The notes below the pieces were generated by a model. It ran no database searches, was not told the origin of the DNA, and was given only the letters and a program-made list of their open reading frames with translations. Positions 49,905-59,693 of a stretch of DNA of 64,000 nucleotides are shown in pieces. The DNA lies in the NCBI GenBank assembly GCA_963722255.1, contig CAVRJO010000001.1:96001-160000 (forward strand). Direction: 5' to 3'. Position numbers and translations under genes: made by a program. The number at the start of each line of letters is the position of its first letter. Positions within the stretch are counted from its first letter, which is position 1. The DNA is from Candidatus Babeliales bacterium. Its GTDB lineage: Bacteria; Babelota; Babeliae; Babelales; JANWKD01.

Positions 49905-50522
49905 CGCCCCAGTCAAGCTGGGGGCTTGACGGCTGTGAGCAGTCCCAAGGACTGCCAGAGTTTAAGTTTTAATTAAAAATTCCTGTCTTCATCAAAGCCT
50001 AGACCATCTAGTCTATCTTGATTTGCTACATATTGCTTTGATCGTATTCACTTCAAAACCAACAGTTGAAACGGCATAACCTCGAGCCCACAACGCCTCG
50101 CCGTTAAAGTTTTTTTGCCTATCCGCTAAATTGCCTAGCAACCGCAATAGCGCTTTTGCCTTTAATATAACCTATTATTTCCGAAACTGAATATTTCGGC
50201 GGTATGCTTATAAACATATGCACATGATCTTGAACCATATTCCCAGAAATAATTTTACACTCTTTTTGTGCAGCTAACTCATGAAATTTAGTTCGCTAAA
50301 AATTTCTTAATTTCTCCATACAATATCTTCCTCCTAATTTTGGAACAAATACGATATGGTATTTGCAGTCCCATTTAGAATGATTTAAACTTTCATATGA
50401 TGTTTCCATGATATATTTACTTTCGAGCCGTCAAGCCCTTAAGTAATTTATCATGGGGAACATTTTTTTACACTAAATCCAAGGGCCAAACCTTGATAGT
50501 CACACTAGTCAAACTAGTGGTT
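49905..50522 (-). mobile_element. Degenerate IS200/IS605-family element (tnpA pseudogene 49973..50409)
   Basis: METSYESLNHSKWDCKYHIVFVPK, QDHVHMFISIPPKYSVS, KGKSA, LWARGYAVSTVG across several frameshifts; end hairpins ccccagtcaagctgggg and cactagtcaaactagtg; 13-bp inverted repeat 49922..49934 / 50426..50438. Confidence 0.88.
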
Positions 50523-50558
50523 TACCTATCTTTCAATTATTAAAAAAAGGAGAAAATC

Positions 50559-50786
50559 ATGAAGAAACTTTTATTATTACTCAGCATTACAGCATGTGCA
50601 CTTACAAGCAACCTTCAAGCAAGTGCCGATTTAGGGGAACTTACCGAACCATTAGGCTCAAAAGAAGATTGTGGAAGTTTGCAAACAGATATTAAGTCAT
50701 TAGAAAAAAAGCCTAAAAAAACCAAAGATGATATTGTAAAATTAAATACACAAAAGTTTTATTCTAATAAATATAAGTGTAAATAA
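50559..50786 (+). CDS. Small secreted hypothetical protein
   Basis: AAGGAG RBS, signal peptide ending LQA. Confidence 0.7.
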   Translation: MKKLLLLLSITACALTSNLQASADLGELTEPLGSKEDCGSLQTDIKSLEKKPKKTKDDIVKLNTQKFYSNKYKCK

Positions 50787-50831
50787 AAGCTTAAAGCAAA
50801 ATTTAAAAAATAATTGTTTGAGGGGACGAAA

Positions 50832-51893
50832 ATGTTAAAAAAATTCACAATAACTTTCTTAGTTATAACGCTCTGCATTGCAAATACTATGCACGCCAAT
50901 GGTGTTTGCACAGGCGATACCTATGAATATCTGAAAGGGTTAACGGGGAAAAAACTCGTGGACTATATCGAGCATCTGGGTGAACAGGCTTTTCTCATTA
51001 CTGATTTATATAAACCGTTAGATCTTAAGAACAAATCGGCTGTTGATGAGGGCTTTAAAAAATGGGAAAATTTTACAACATGTTTTAAGTCATGGTTTAA
51101 GAATACAAACCCAAAATATTATGAACAATTTTATCAACTCGGTGCATGGTCTTCATATAAATACTTGTTGATTGATTCAGATGATGCATTTGATACTATA
51201 AAAACCAATTATTTAATGCTAAATGACAAAAACAAACTAGGTCAAATAAAAAACAATTTAAATACAAGCATCAAAAAACTTGCTGAAACTCTTGAACATA
51301 CCTATGATTCATTAACAGAGCTTTCAAGTAAAAACATGCAAGAAAAATTGCCTGAAGCAGTTGCAGATGAGTATAAAATAGCAACAGGAATCACTTTTGA
51401 TCCAATTACATTTTTAACAGAATATAAAAAATCAAAGTTGTATATAGAAAAAGTAAAAAATAAAAATAAAAAATCATCGGAAATATCACCTGAAGAGGTT
51501 TTTGGAATTTTGAAAAATGTTATGCACGTTATAGATTATAAAATATCAACACAAATTCCAGAGCTTGAAGCAAACAGACAACAGGCAATAACAACCTTTA
51601 TCAATATGATCGAAGAGCTTATATATCAATCTAACCGTATAAATAAAGCAAGAAGATTTTGGCACACAAAGCCTAAGCCTAAATATTTGCTCAGCAGCTC
51701 ACAAATACGAGATATGGAAGAAATTGTTGCAAAACTCTATGCCCTTTATCCAGCTATTATCACTGAGTCATTAGAACAAAGACTTAACAGCTCTGATAAG
51801 TATGATATCTTATTTTTTGCTCAAGCACGAATGATGATGATTGTCTTGCGATCATATTTGCGAACAGTTAATGCGTTATTACAAAATAAATAA
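50832..51893 (+). CDS. Hypothetical secreted helical protein
   Basis: GAGGGG RBS, signal peptide ending MHA. Confidence 0.7.
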   Translation: MLKKFTITFLVITLCIANTMHANGVCTGDTYEYLKGLTGKKLVDYIEHLGEQAFLITDLYKPLDLKNKSAVDEGFKKWENFTTCFKSWFKNTNPKYYEQFYQLGAWSSYKYLLIDSDDAFDTIKTNYLMLNDKNKLGQIKNNLNTSIKKLAETLEHTYDSLTELSSKNMQEKLPEAVADEYKIATGITFDPITFLTEYKKSKLYIEKVKNKNKKSSEISPEEVFGILKNVMHVIDYKISTQIPELEANRQQAITTFINMIEELIYQSNRINKARRFWHTKPKPKYLLSSSQIRDMEEIVAKLYALYPAIITESLEQRLNSSDKYDILFFAQARMMMIVLRSYLRTVNALLQNK

Positions 51894-51906
51894 AAGACCT
51901 AAATTA

Positions 51907-51942
51907 TTTGAGCCCATATTTTAACTTATATATGGGCTCAAA
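51907..51942. terminator. Bidirectional terminator
   Basis: tttgagcccatat...atatgggctcaaa. Confidence 0.8.
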
Positions 51943-51944
51943 AT

Positions 51945-52532
51945 CTAAAGATAAAACTTTGCAATCTCTTTATATTCTGATCGATCTGATGAAAAGAGAA
52001 TAAGTATGTCAGTTCCTACACAAAAGGCTTCTTGAAATTCTTGTTCGATTTCATCCAAGATCTCTGTGGCCCTTCTAGTGAAATCATTATACTTTTGCGG
52101 CTCAATTTTTTTTATTCGAGCAACAGTAACATGAGGCAAGAAAGACCTTGTCTCCTTCTGATTGATATCAAATGAACGGGCAAAAAGAGCATGGAGATTG
52201 GATAAGAGCTCAGAGGGCTCTAAAATAATGGCTATAACACCATGCCCAATAATTTTTATTGAAATTCTTGAGGTATATTCTAGAAGTGAACCTAATCCAT
52301 ATTTCTTTATATGCAAATCAATATCCAAACCGCATCTATTTTGTAGTGCGAGATTATCAGCTTGTGGTTTTTCGCCCAAAAAAAATAGGGTCATATGAAT
52401 GTGATTTTGCGGTTTAAGAGTACCATTATATTCTGTAACAAGAGGCTGTAATTGTTCCATAATCTTTTGTTGCAAAAATCTAAAAAATTGATGACCATCA
52501 TAAGAAATTGCAATGAATAAACGATTATGCAT
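51945..52532 (-). CDS. thpR: 2H phosphoesterase (RNA 2',3'-cyclic phosphodiesterase/LigT-like)
   Basis: RLFIAI, HMTLFFLGE and FLPHVTVAR (two HxT motifs). Confidence 0.85.
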   Translation of the reverse strand: MHNRLFIAISYDGHQFFRFLQQKIMEQLQPLVTEYNGTLKPQNHIHMTLFFLGEKPQADNLALQNRCGLDIDLHIKKYGLGSLLEYTSRISIKIIGHGVIAIILEPSELLSNLHALFARSFDINQKETRSFLPHVTVARIKKIEPQKYNDFTRRATEILDEIEQEFQEAFCVGTDILILFSSDRSEYKEIAKFYL

Positions 52533-52560
52533 CAGCCTCTCGTATATATTGATCAGCTTA

Positions 52561-52764
52561 TTACTTAATTTTTGCAGCCCACATAAGTAAGCCTACAGAA
52601 ACTGCTCCATTAAATAAGGCAGCTAAAAGAGTAAGCTGTGGCGTTAGGGTGATAAAAAAAATGTGTAAAGGAAGAAGTCCTGAAAAATAGAATAAGAGAT
52701 GGCTCCATGCATGGAAAGCTTCTACTCCCGCAAAAAAAATTAATAGATCTCTTTTTGAAAACAT
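52561..52764 (-). CDS. Small two-TM membrane protein
   Basis: AAGGAG RBS, 67 aa, hydrophobic, AFHAWSH. Confidence 0.7.
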   Translation of the reverse strand: MFSKRDLLIFFAGVEAFHAWSHLLFYFSGLLPLHIFFITLTPQLTLLAALFNGAVSVGLLMWAAKIK

Positions 52765-52825
52765 AGAAACTCCTTTTTTTATAACAAGATTTTATATTTT
52801 TATAAGAAGATATAAAGCTTGCGCA

Positions 52826-52981
52826 TCAAAATGCAAGACTATTGAAAATCAGAGATACGAAAAAAAGGGAAAAAGAGGTACAAGAAAGGAAAAGAATTAA
52901 GGACTGTTGACTTATTTGTTGAGAAAAATATTTTGATTGATGATCATGCACATAACAATGAGCTGAACTCATACTGGTCAT
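52826..52981 (-). CDS. Possible 51-aa small protein with C-terminal hydrophobic segment (absent from the ORF track)
   Basis: AGGAG RBS, upstream TTGACA; MTSMSSAHCYVHDH...SLILFLSCTSFSLFFVSLIFNSLAF. Confidence 0.4.
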   Translation of the reverse strand: MTSMSSAHCYVHDHQSKYFSQQISQQSLILFLSCTSFSLFFVSLIFNSLAF

Positions 52982-53085
52982 GGCAAACTCCTATTTAAAA
53001 AGATTAAAAAAATTAATAATTCTAAAAACAAATAATCTCATTTTTTTGATATTTGTCAAATCTCTTTTTTTTTAAAAAATAATCT

Positions 53086-53784
53086 TCAAATAAACGCTGA
53101 AATTAACGGGCAACTCTTTAACATTTGTAGGCCATCGCAATATTCAACTATTGTGCCATCTTGCATATAATAAACTCTATCAAAAAGCTTACGAGCAAAG
53201 CTCATATCTTGGCTAGAAAGACCAATGGTGAGACCTTGCGCTGCTAGTTTTTTTAAGATAGCCACCAAAATATCAGTATTCAAAGGATCAAGAGAGGCCG
53301 TTGGTTCATCTAGCAGCAAAATACGAGGATTTAAACAAAGCGCACGTGCAATAGCAACACGCTGCTGTTGCCCTCCTGAAAGCTCCGCAGGGTATGAATC
53401 TATAAATTTATTCAGTTCAAGCAACTCTAAAACTTCACGTGCTCGTTGCTCAGCTTGCTTGTATGACATCCCATGAACAACTAACGGATCTATACAATTT
53501 TTCATTACTGATAGATGAGGAAAAAGATTGAAATCTTGAAAGACATAACCAATTGTTTCAGATCGTTGCTTGCATGATAAATCTGCAAGTTTTTTTTCAT
53601 CAATCGTTATCGTGCCTTTTGAAAAAGGGATAAGACCAATTAAAGATCTAAGAAGAGTGGTTTTACCGGCGCCACTTTTACCAATAAAAAGCGTTATTCT
53701 TCCTGCAGGTAGCAAACACGAAACAGAATGTAAAAGATTTTTGGTTTGTAATGTTACATCGAGATCTTTAACGATAATCATCAT
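53086..53784 (-). CDS. Polar amino acid ABC transporter ATP-binding protein
   Basis: GKSGAGKTT, VFQDFNLFPH, LSGGQQQRVAIARAL, LLDEPT. Confidence 0.93.
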   Translation of the reverse strand: MMIIVKDLDVTLQTKNLLHSVSCLLPAGRITLFIGKSGAGKTTLLRSLIGLIPFSKGTITIDEKKLADLSCKQRSETIGYVFQDFNLFPHLSVMKNCIDPLVVHGMSYKQAEQRAREVLELLELNKFIDSYPAELSGGQQQRVAIARALCLNPRILLLDEPTASLDPLNTDILVAILKKLAAQGLTIGLSSQDMSFARKLFDRVYYMQDGTIVEYCDGLQMLKSCPLISAFI

Positions 53785-54421
53785 AAACTCCTTTTTCAAT
53801 GGTAGTAGTTAGCAGATGTAGCAAAGCAGAAAAAAGCAAATATATACACGCAATGGTAAGATAGATTGGCATGGGATTTAGTTCTCTTGAAATAATATTC
53901 ATGCCTGTTCTTGTTAACTCACTAATGCCAATCGTTGCAAGTAATGAAGTTGTTTTAAGAAGTTGTTCAAGCTCGCCAAGCAAGGTTGGCATAGCATTCT
54001 TAAAAGCCTGTGGTAGTATAATACGAAACAACGTATCTTTAACAGAGTATCCTAAAGCAAAGCAAGCATCCCATTGCCCACGTGAAATTGTGTTAATTGA
54101 TGATCGCACAATCTCAGTAACATAACCACTTGAACAAAAAGCCAAAGCAGCAAGAGCAGCAGGAAATGCTGATACTGTAATCCCGAGGAGCGATGGAATA
54201 ACAAAATATGCAATTAAGAGTTGCACGTAAGCAGGAACCCCTTTTGCAATAAAAGTATACCATCCAATTATGCGTCTCAATCGTACTGTTGTTAAAGAGC
54301 GACAACTTACTATTCCTAAAACCGTGCCAATGAAAAGACTCATGCTGCCGGAAATAATCCATGCACAAAGCGTAACAACTGTTCCTTTAAAAAATAATGG
54401 GAGATACTGTATAAAACTCAT
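53768..54421 (-). CDS. Polar amino acid ABC transporter permease
   Basis: KGVPAYVQL, GYVTEIVRS, GQWDA..ALG, ILPQA, LLKTTSL. Confidence 0.93.
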   Translation of the reverse strand: MSFIQYLPLFFKGTVVTLCAWIISGSMSLFIGTVLGIVSCRSLTTVRLRRIIGWYTFIAKGVPAYVQLLIAYFVIPSLLGITVSAFPAALAALAFCSSGYVTEIVRSSINTISRGQWDACFALGYSVKDTLFRIILPQAFKNAMPTLLGELEQLLKTTSLLATIGISELTRTGMNIISRELNPMPIYLTIACIYLLFSALLHLLTTTIEKGVYDDYR

Positions 54422-55200
54422 TCTGCAATTCCCCATTTTTTTTCTAGCAATTCAATAACTCCTTCTTCTTTAAGTTTTGTAATTGCTTCCTGCACTTGCT
54501 GTATCGTGGTAGCATTATCTTTTTTTATAACAATACCAACTCCTTGAACTTGATCTTCAGATGCTAAGGGAACATCTAATAATTGAATTTCTGAGTATTT
54601 ATTTTTAAATTTTTTTGCAATCGCCGGTTCAACAAACGCAGCATCAGTTTTTCCATATTGAAGATTTAAGAGTGCATCATCAACTTTTTCTATTGGCAAC
54701 AGAATAATTTGATCATAGTTACGCAAAACAGCTTCCTGCGATGAACCCGGCTCAACACAAACTACCCTGCCCTTCATATCTTCAATTGATCGAATTTCAT
54801 TTGGAATATTTTTCCAAAAAATAAGTGGATATGATTTTGTGCTCTTGCCTTGATAGTGTATCATGGCAACTTTTTTCAATCGATCCTGCGTAATTGATAA
54901 ACCCCAGAGAATAACGTCAATACTACCTTGATCAAGTGCCATAAAAAGAGACGTCATAGAGCCTAAATCTTTCACTACTAATTTTTTTCCCATCTTTTTG
55001 GCCAGCTCATTGGCTACATCAATATCAAATCCTTCATATTCTCCTTGAGGATTGATGCTTGCAAAAGGTGCATAGCCTGCTGCTGTGCCAACAATAAGTT
55101 GATTAGAATCTGACAATGCAACGGATTCTTTTAAACATAGATAGAGCGCACTACTGCAAATAACTAATGCGCATGCAATAACTATTTTTTGATATTTCAT
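54418..55200 (-). CDS. Amino acid ABC transporter substrate-binding protein (family 3)
   Basis: VGTAAGYAPF, GFDIDVA, ITQDR, LLEKKWG. Confidence 0.93.
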   Translation of the reverse strand: MKYQKIVIACALVICSSALYLCLKESVALSDSNQLIVGTAAGYAPFASINPQGEYEGFDIDVANELAKKMGKKLVVKDLGSMTSLFMALDQGSIDVILWGLSITQDRLKKVAMIHYQGKSTKSYPLIFWKNIPNEIRSIEDMKGRVVCVEPGSSQEAVLRNYDQIILLPIEKVDDALLNLQYGKTDAAFVEPAIAKKFKNKYSEIQLLDVPLASEDQVQGVGIVIKKDNATTIQQVQEAITKLKEEGVIELLEKKWGIAE

Positions 55201-55224
55201 AAAAAAACTTTCCACTAAAAATTT

Positions 55225-55545
55225 TTATTCTTTCGATTTTTTTTCAATCATTCTTTTCAAAATAAGTTGATAACCGTGATGAGGTTCAGTATTAAGAAAC
55301 CGTGCTACTCTACCAATTGTTGCCAGACTTGCGCCTGTTACACTACTAATTTCCCGATATGACAAGGTTCCCTGAGCAAGCAATTTGCAAACACGCCAAC
55401 GCTCAGCCAATGCCTTGATCTCTTGTGGAGTACAAAGGTCTTTAAAAAACCGATTCATTTCTTCATTTGTTTTCAGAAGCAACAAAGCCTCATACAGTTC
55501 CTGAATCACCGTATCTTCTTGTAGAGTGTTATGATGATATTCCAT
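55225..55545 (-). CDS. YerC/YecD family TrpR-related repressor
   Basis: FFKDLCTPQEIKALAERW.V, SYREIS..TGASLATIGRVAR.L. Confidence 0.92.
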   Translation of the reverse strand: MEYHHNTLQEDTVIQELYEALLLLKTNEEMNRFFKDLCTPQEIKALAERWRVCKLLAQGTLSYREISSVTGASLATIGRVARFLNTEPHHGYQLILKRMIEKKSKE

Positions 55546-55570
55546 GTTATTCCTTTTATTTTTTAAGGCC

Positions 55571-55621
55571 TTCTTGCATTATTGTACTATCATGCTAGCA
55601 CAATAATACAAGAAATGTCAA
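55571..55621 (-). promoter_or_regulatory. Promoter overlapped by a TrpR-type palindromic operator
   Basis: TTGACA (55621-55616), 18 nt, TAGCAT (55597-55592); core GTACTA-N6-TAGCAC (55584..55601) inside a 44-bp imperfect palindrome. Confidence 0.75.
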
Positions 55622-55685
55622 CATATTTGCTTTAAAGAAATCATATGTTCTCTTGACCTCAATAAGCAAAAAAAGTTATCTTAAA

Positions 55686-55718
55686 AGCTGAAGGTAAGAA
55701 AAAGTCTTACCTTCAGCT
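55686..55718. terminator. Perfect 14-bp hairpin, probably insulating the ABC operon promoter
   Basis: agctgaaggtaaga-aaaag-tcttaccttcagct. Confidence 0.6.
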
Positions 55719-55780
55719 CATATAATGAAATTCATACAAGGAATTAGATGCAAAAAAATTTTTTAAAAGAGTTAATAAAT

Positions 55781-56372
55781 TTCACCCGCAGCAAGCAGCG
55801 GGGTATTGAATTTTTTTAAGGATTTCTATCTACATGAAGAACATCTGACCCAGATCTCTTGGCGTACGAGTAGGGTCTTTTTTGTGCAACATCATGTAAT
55901 CCCTTCCCTGGTTTTTTACGTATTCTGCCACTCGTTTTTCGCTTCCATGCTTACTTACCGTGTTTACGAAATATCCATCAGACCAAAATTCTCCACCCCA
56001 TAGCTGCCTCTTTACTTCGGGAACTCGTTTGAAAATTTCCCGCGCCGTTATACTTTTTATTTTTCTAATGATATTCGTAGGACTATACGTCGGTACGGAC
56101 TGCACAAGAAAATGAACGTGATCCCCATCTGTTCCTATTTCTAGAAACTCTATCTGATAACGTTTTTCTATCTCAAGACACACCAACCTCAATACTTTGT
56201 CTACTTCCTCTGTAAAAACCGCTCGCCTATATTTTGCTGGACAAACTATATGATACAGATTATAAACCTACTTAATTTACTCATTCTCCCAATTTATCAG
56301 GACTTTTTATTTATTCCATTTTTTTATCTGACTACGCGGCAAGCCGCGGGGAATTGTACCCGTAGAGATTAA
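55781..56372 (-). mobile_element. IS200/IS605-family element with a 5'-frameshifted tnpA (55830..56284)
   Basis: LYHIVCPAKYRR, DHVHFL, KSITAR, LWGGEFWSDGYFV, YVKNQ; end hairpins ccgcagcaagcagcgg and cgcggcaagccgcg. Confidence 0.9.
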
Positions 56373-56433
56373 AATCACCAGAAACGGTATTTTCTTTTAA
56401 AGAGCTCTTGCTTAAAAATAGATAAACAGCGCT

Positions 56434-56976
56434 TTATTTTTTTGTTGACGATAATGTCATCATAAAACCAAAAAAACCAACAAGAGCCAACCCCACAAAA
56501 AGCCCAAATAACGTCGAATAAATCGTTATTTCATGACCATCAAAAAAGTACGCTGCATACACGCTTGGTACAACAAAACAGGTAAATAATCCAATAAAGG
56601 TATGACACGCATCGGGAGCTGGATGGTTATCATAAGTACGAAGAAATTTATAAGTTCTTCCAAATGTCTCTTGATAATCGAGCATTGCATCGTCTGATGC
56701 CCCAAAAAAGTAAGGAACCCACCATGCCATTATATGTCCATATAACCAGAGCGACCAAAAAACAAGGCCAACAATCATTAACCAATTGATGTGATATGCA
56801 AATCCAATGATCAAAACAATTTGAATACAATGCATAAATGCATTAAGTTGCCTTTCATACTTAAATGAAACATGTTGCAAATCATTCCAAGGATACAAAG
56901 AAATCCAATGGGTAATCATAAAATATATTGTAAGTGCACATTGTGATACAACAGCAAAAAGCGTAAAACTATTCAT
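56434..56976 (-). CDS. Hypothetical multi-TM membrane protein
   Basis: 180 aa, ~5 hydrophobic segments, W.SLYPWND, WWVPYFFG, PAPDACH. Confidence 0.75.
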   Translation of the reverse strand: MNSFTLFAVVSQCALTIYFMITHWISLYPWNDLQHVSFKYERQLNAFMHCIQIVLIIGFAYHINWLMIVGLVFWSLWLYGHIMAWWVPYFFGASDDAMLDYQETFGRTYKFLRTYDNHPAPDACHTFIGLFTCFVVPSVYAAYFFDGHEITIYSTLFGLFVGLALVGFFGFMMTLSSTKK

Positions 56977-57041
56977 TAAATTAATTCCGTTAATAATTTC
57001 TGATAATTCATATCAACTATAACAAAACTGATGCTTGAAAG

Positions 57042-57536
57042 CTACTTGCTCAACGTACATGCAGCTTTATACACCGTTTTAAGATCATGAATTCTAACCG
57101 ATGCCAATCCGTGGAGTGGATAATGCATTACATATATCTTAGAAGATCCAATTGATGGTTGCCAACCAAACTGAAAATCTGATGATCCACTAAATAAAGT
57201 GTAAGTAATTTTACCAATAAAACAAACAACAAGAGGCTTATACAAATAGATAGCATCGGTAATAAGTTCAGTGCCGGCAAGAGCATCATTTTTTGTAAGC
57301 TTTGAAACATTTATTGATGGGAAAGCTATCAAATCAATATAGCCATACCGGTATTTTTGGGAAAACTTGTTTTCATAGTGATGTAAAAGCATAGCATCAT
57401 TTTTTAAATCCTGCCTCGATTCTTTTAACAAGCCTGCATCAGAAAGAAGATACCAGAACATTTTGTTATTTGAATGCGGAACTCCCCTTCTATAAGATCC
57501 CGGATGAGGATTAATTCCAACAAATAAAATTTTCAT
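57042..57536 (-). CDS. mug: Mismatch-specific uracil/G:T DNA glycosylase (MUG/TDG family)
   Basis: KILFVGINP, NKMFWYLL..AGL, PLVVCFIGK. Confidence 0.8.
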   Translation of the reverse strand: MKILFVGINPHPGSYRRGVPHSNNKMFWYLLSDAGLLKESRQDLKNDAMLLHHYENKFSQKYRYGYIDLIAFPSINVSKLTKNDALAGTELITDAIYLYKPLVVCFIGKITYTLFSGSSDFQFGWQPSIGSSKIYVMHYPLHGLASVRIHDLKTVYKAACTLSK

Positions 57537-57601
57537 ACCATAAAAAAGGTGATATTTAATCATAGAGTATACTATCTTATTAGTATCTTATTTTAGATCA
57601 G

Positions 57602-58817
57602 TTATTTTTTAATAGTTAATGCTACTTTAATCCAGCCATCATCCCGTTTATCAAAATGTTTATATCCATTAACAATATCAGTTAATGGTAATGTATGTGA
57701 AACAAAATCTCGAGAATCAAATATCCGATTTTGAACCCATGTAACTAATTTTGGAATATATTTTCGATGATTACAATCGCCCATTCGTATAGTCAAGTTT
57801 TTCCCCATCGCTTCACCAATAGGAAATGTTTTTAATCGTTCAGTATAAACCCCTATTATTGAAATAGTGCCATTTTTGGCAACAGCTTTAACAGCCCATT
57901 GTAATACTTGAGAAGGCCCATTTCCCGGAATCCAATTTCCACCATGAGGATTTGTTTTGGGCGCAATTTTTTTTAGTTCTTTTTTGAATTCTTTCTGAAT
58001 AGAAAGATTTTTAAGCGCATCTGCAGGTGAATAATTTGGTTGATCAGCATCAATACCAACTGCATCTATTATTTTTGTTGGTCCTTTATTATTGGTCATT
58101 TTCTTGAGCTCTTCAACTGGATCTTTTTCATCAAAATTGATGACCGAAGCACCTTGCTGTTTTGCTTTTTCCAAACGAGATTTAATGCGATCGATTGCAA
58201 TAATACTGAACTCCTAACTGCTTTAAACAAAAAATAGCTAATTGCCCCACTGGACCACAACCAAAAACAGCAACGGTATCTGTCGGCTTAGCATCTGCCA
58301 TTTCAACAGCCATATAGGAAGTTGGCAAAATATCTGATAATAAAATTACTTGATCATCACTCACATCATCTGGAATAGCTATAAGTGAAGTATCTGCAAA
58401 AGGAACGCGGACCTTTTCGGCTTGCATACCATTAAAGGGGCCCGATTCTTTTGGTCCACCGTAAAATGCCGCACCTGCATAAGGGCCATTAGGATTTGCC
58501 CTATCACATTGAGAATATATTCCTTGCAAACAATATTCGCACTCTCCGCATGCAATAGTCGAAGGAACGATAACACGATCACCAACGCGAAAATTATTTA
58601 CTGATTTTCCTATTTTTTCAACGACACCAACACCTTCATGTCCCAAAATTGTATTTTTTTTCATGCCCGGTATCGTGCCACGAATCATATGCAGATCTGT
58701 ACCACAAATTGCACTTTTTGTTATTGCTATTATTGCATCAGTTGGTTCTTTTATACGAGGATCCTTAACTTCTTCTAAGGCAATTGAGCCGATTCCTTTA
58801 AAAACTAATGCTTTCAT
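57602..58817 (-). pseudogene. Zinc-dependent alcohol/formaldehyde dehydrogenase (MDR family), frameshifted near 58206
   Basis: ICGTDLH, GHEGVG, CGECEYC..C, LSDILPT, GCGPVG; continues in another frame as IIAIDR...IDAVG...WIKVAL. Confidence 0.88.
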
Positions 58818-58989
58818 AGTAGTGCCCTTATTATAAAATAATAGTTAACTGTAATCTACGAAAGCATTGTAGCCCATTTTCTTTGATAAAAAGAAGAAAA
58901 AAAAATCTGTTGAGAGCAATCACTATTTTTTCACAGTAATTAATCACAACAGATCGTATTATTTGTTAATTATAGTACAAAGCTTCTGA

Positions 58990-59463
58990 TTAATGTTTTA
59001 AAGCATTATGTATATCATTTTTCCAGAGGGATTTAAAGATATATTCATGATAACGAATAGCAGCTACCTCTTTTTGATCCATCAACTTAATCTCATTTCC
59101 CGACATTAAAGCTGTCTCAACTAAAGTATCTTTATCACTTTGCTTTTTTTTCTTCGTATCAGTTAAAGTTTTAACTAATTTAACCATTCTCGTGAGATGA
59201 AAATATAACTGGTTTAATTTGTTTGTATCATTCTTACACTCTTCATAATAACAATACATTTCGGACATTAGTCTATTATTTATTTTATAAAGCGGATTCA
59301 GAACATCACTAAATCTTTGCTCATATTCAGAATTTATCATTGATAAATTAGCTGCTTTGAATGTTACTTTCTTTTGTAACTCCACCAATGGAGCTTCCAT
59401 ACAGAGTAGATGCAATGGCATTGACCCTAAAAGGAGCGCTGCGTATAATTTTGTTGATTTCAT
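58990..59463 (-). CDS. Hypothetical secreted protein
   Basis: AAGGGA RBS before MKSTKLYAALLLG; signal peptide. Confidence 0.7.
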   Translation of the reverse strand: MKSTKLYAALLLGSMPLHLLCMEAPLVELQKKVTFKAANLSMINSEYEQRFSDVLNPLYKINNRLMSEMYCYYEECKNDTNKLNQLYFHLTRMVKLVKTLTDTKKKKQSDKDTLVETALMSGNEIKLMDQKEVAAIRYHEYIFKSLWKNDIHNALKH

Positions 59464-59693
59464 AAAATCCCTTATTAAATATGTTTTATATACATTATAG
59501 ACTATTTTTAATATACCAGTTTTTAATAAGATTAAAAATACGTTTGTTTTCATAAACATTATTATTTTGTAATAATTTAGATGCCTGTAGATCGTACATT
59601 TTTTATCATAAATCTAATAAATAATTTCAATTTACTAGATTTATGATAAACTTTTATTTAAAAATAGATAATCTTACATCACGGAGAATCACT

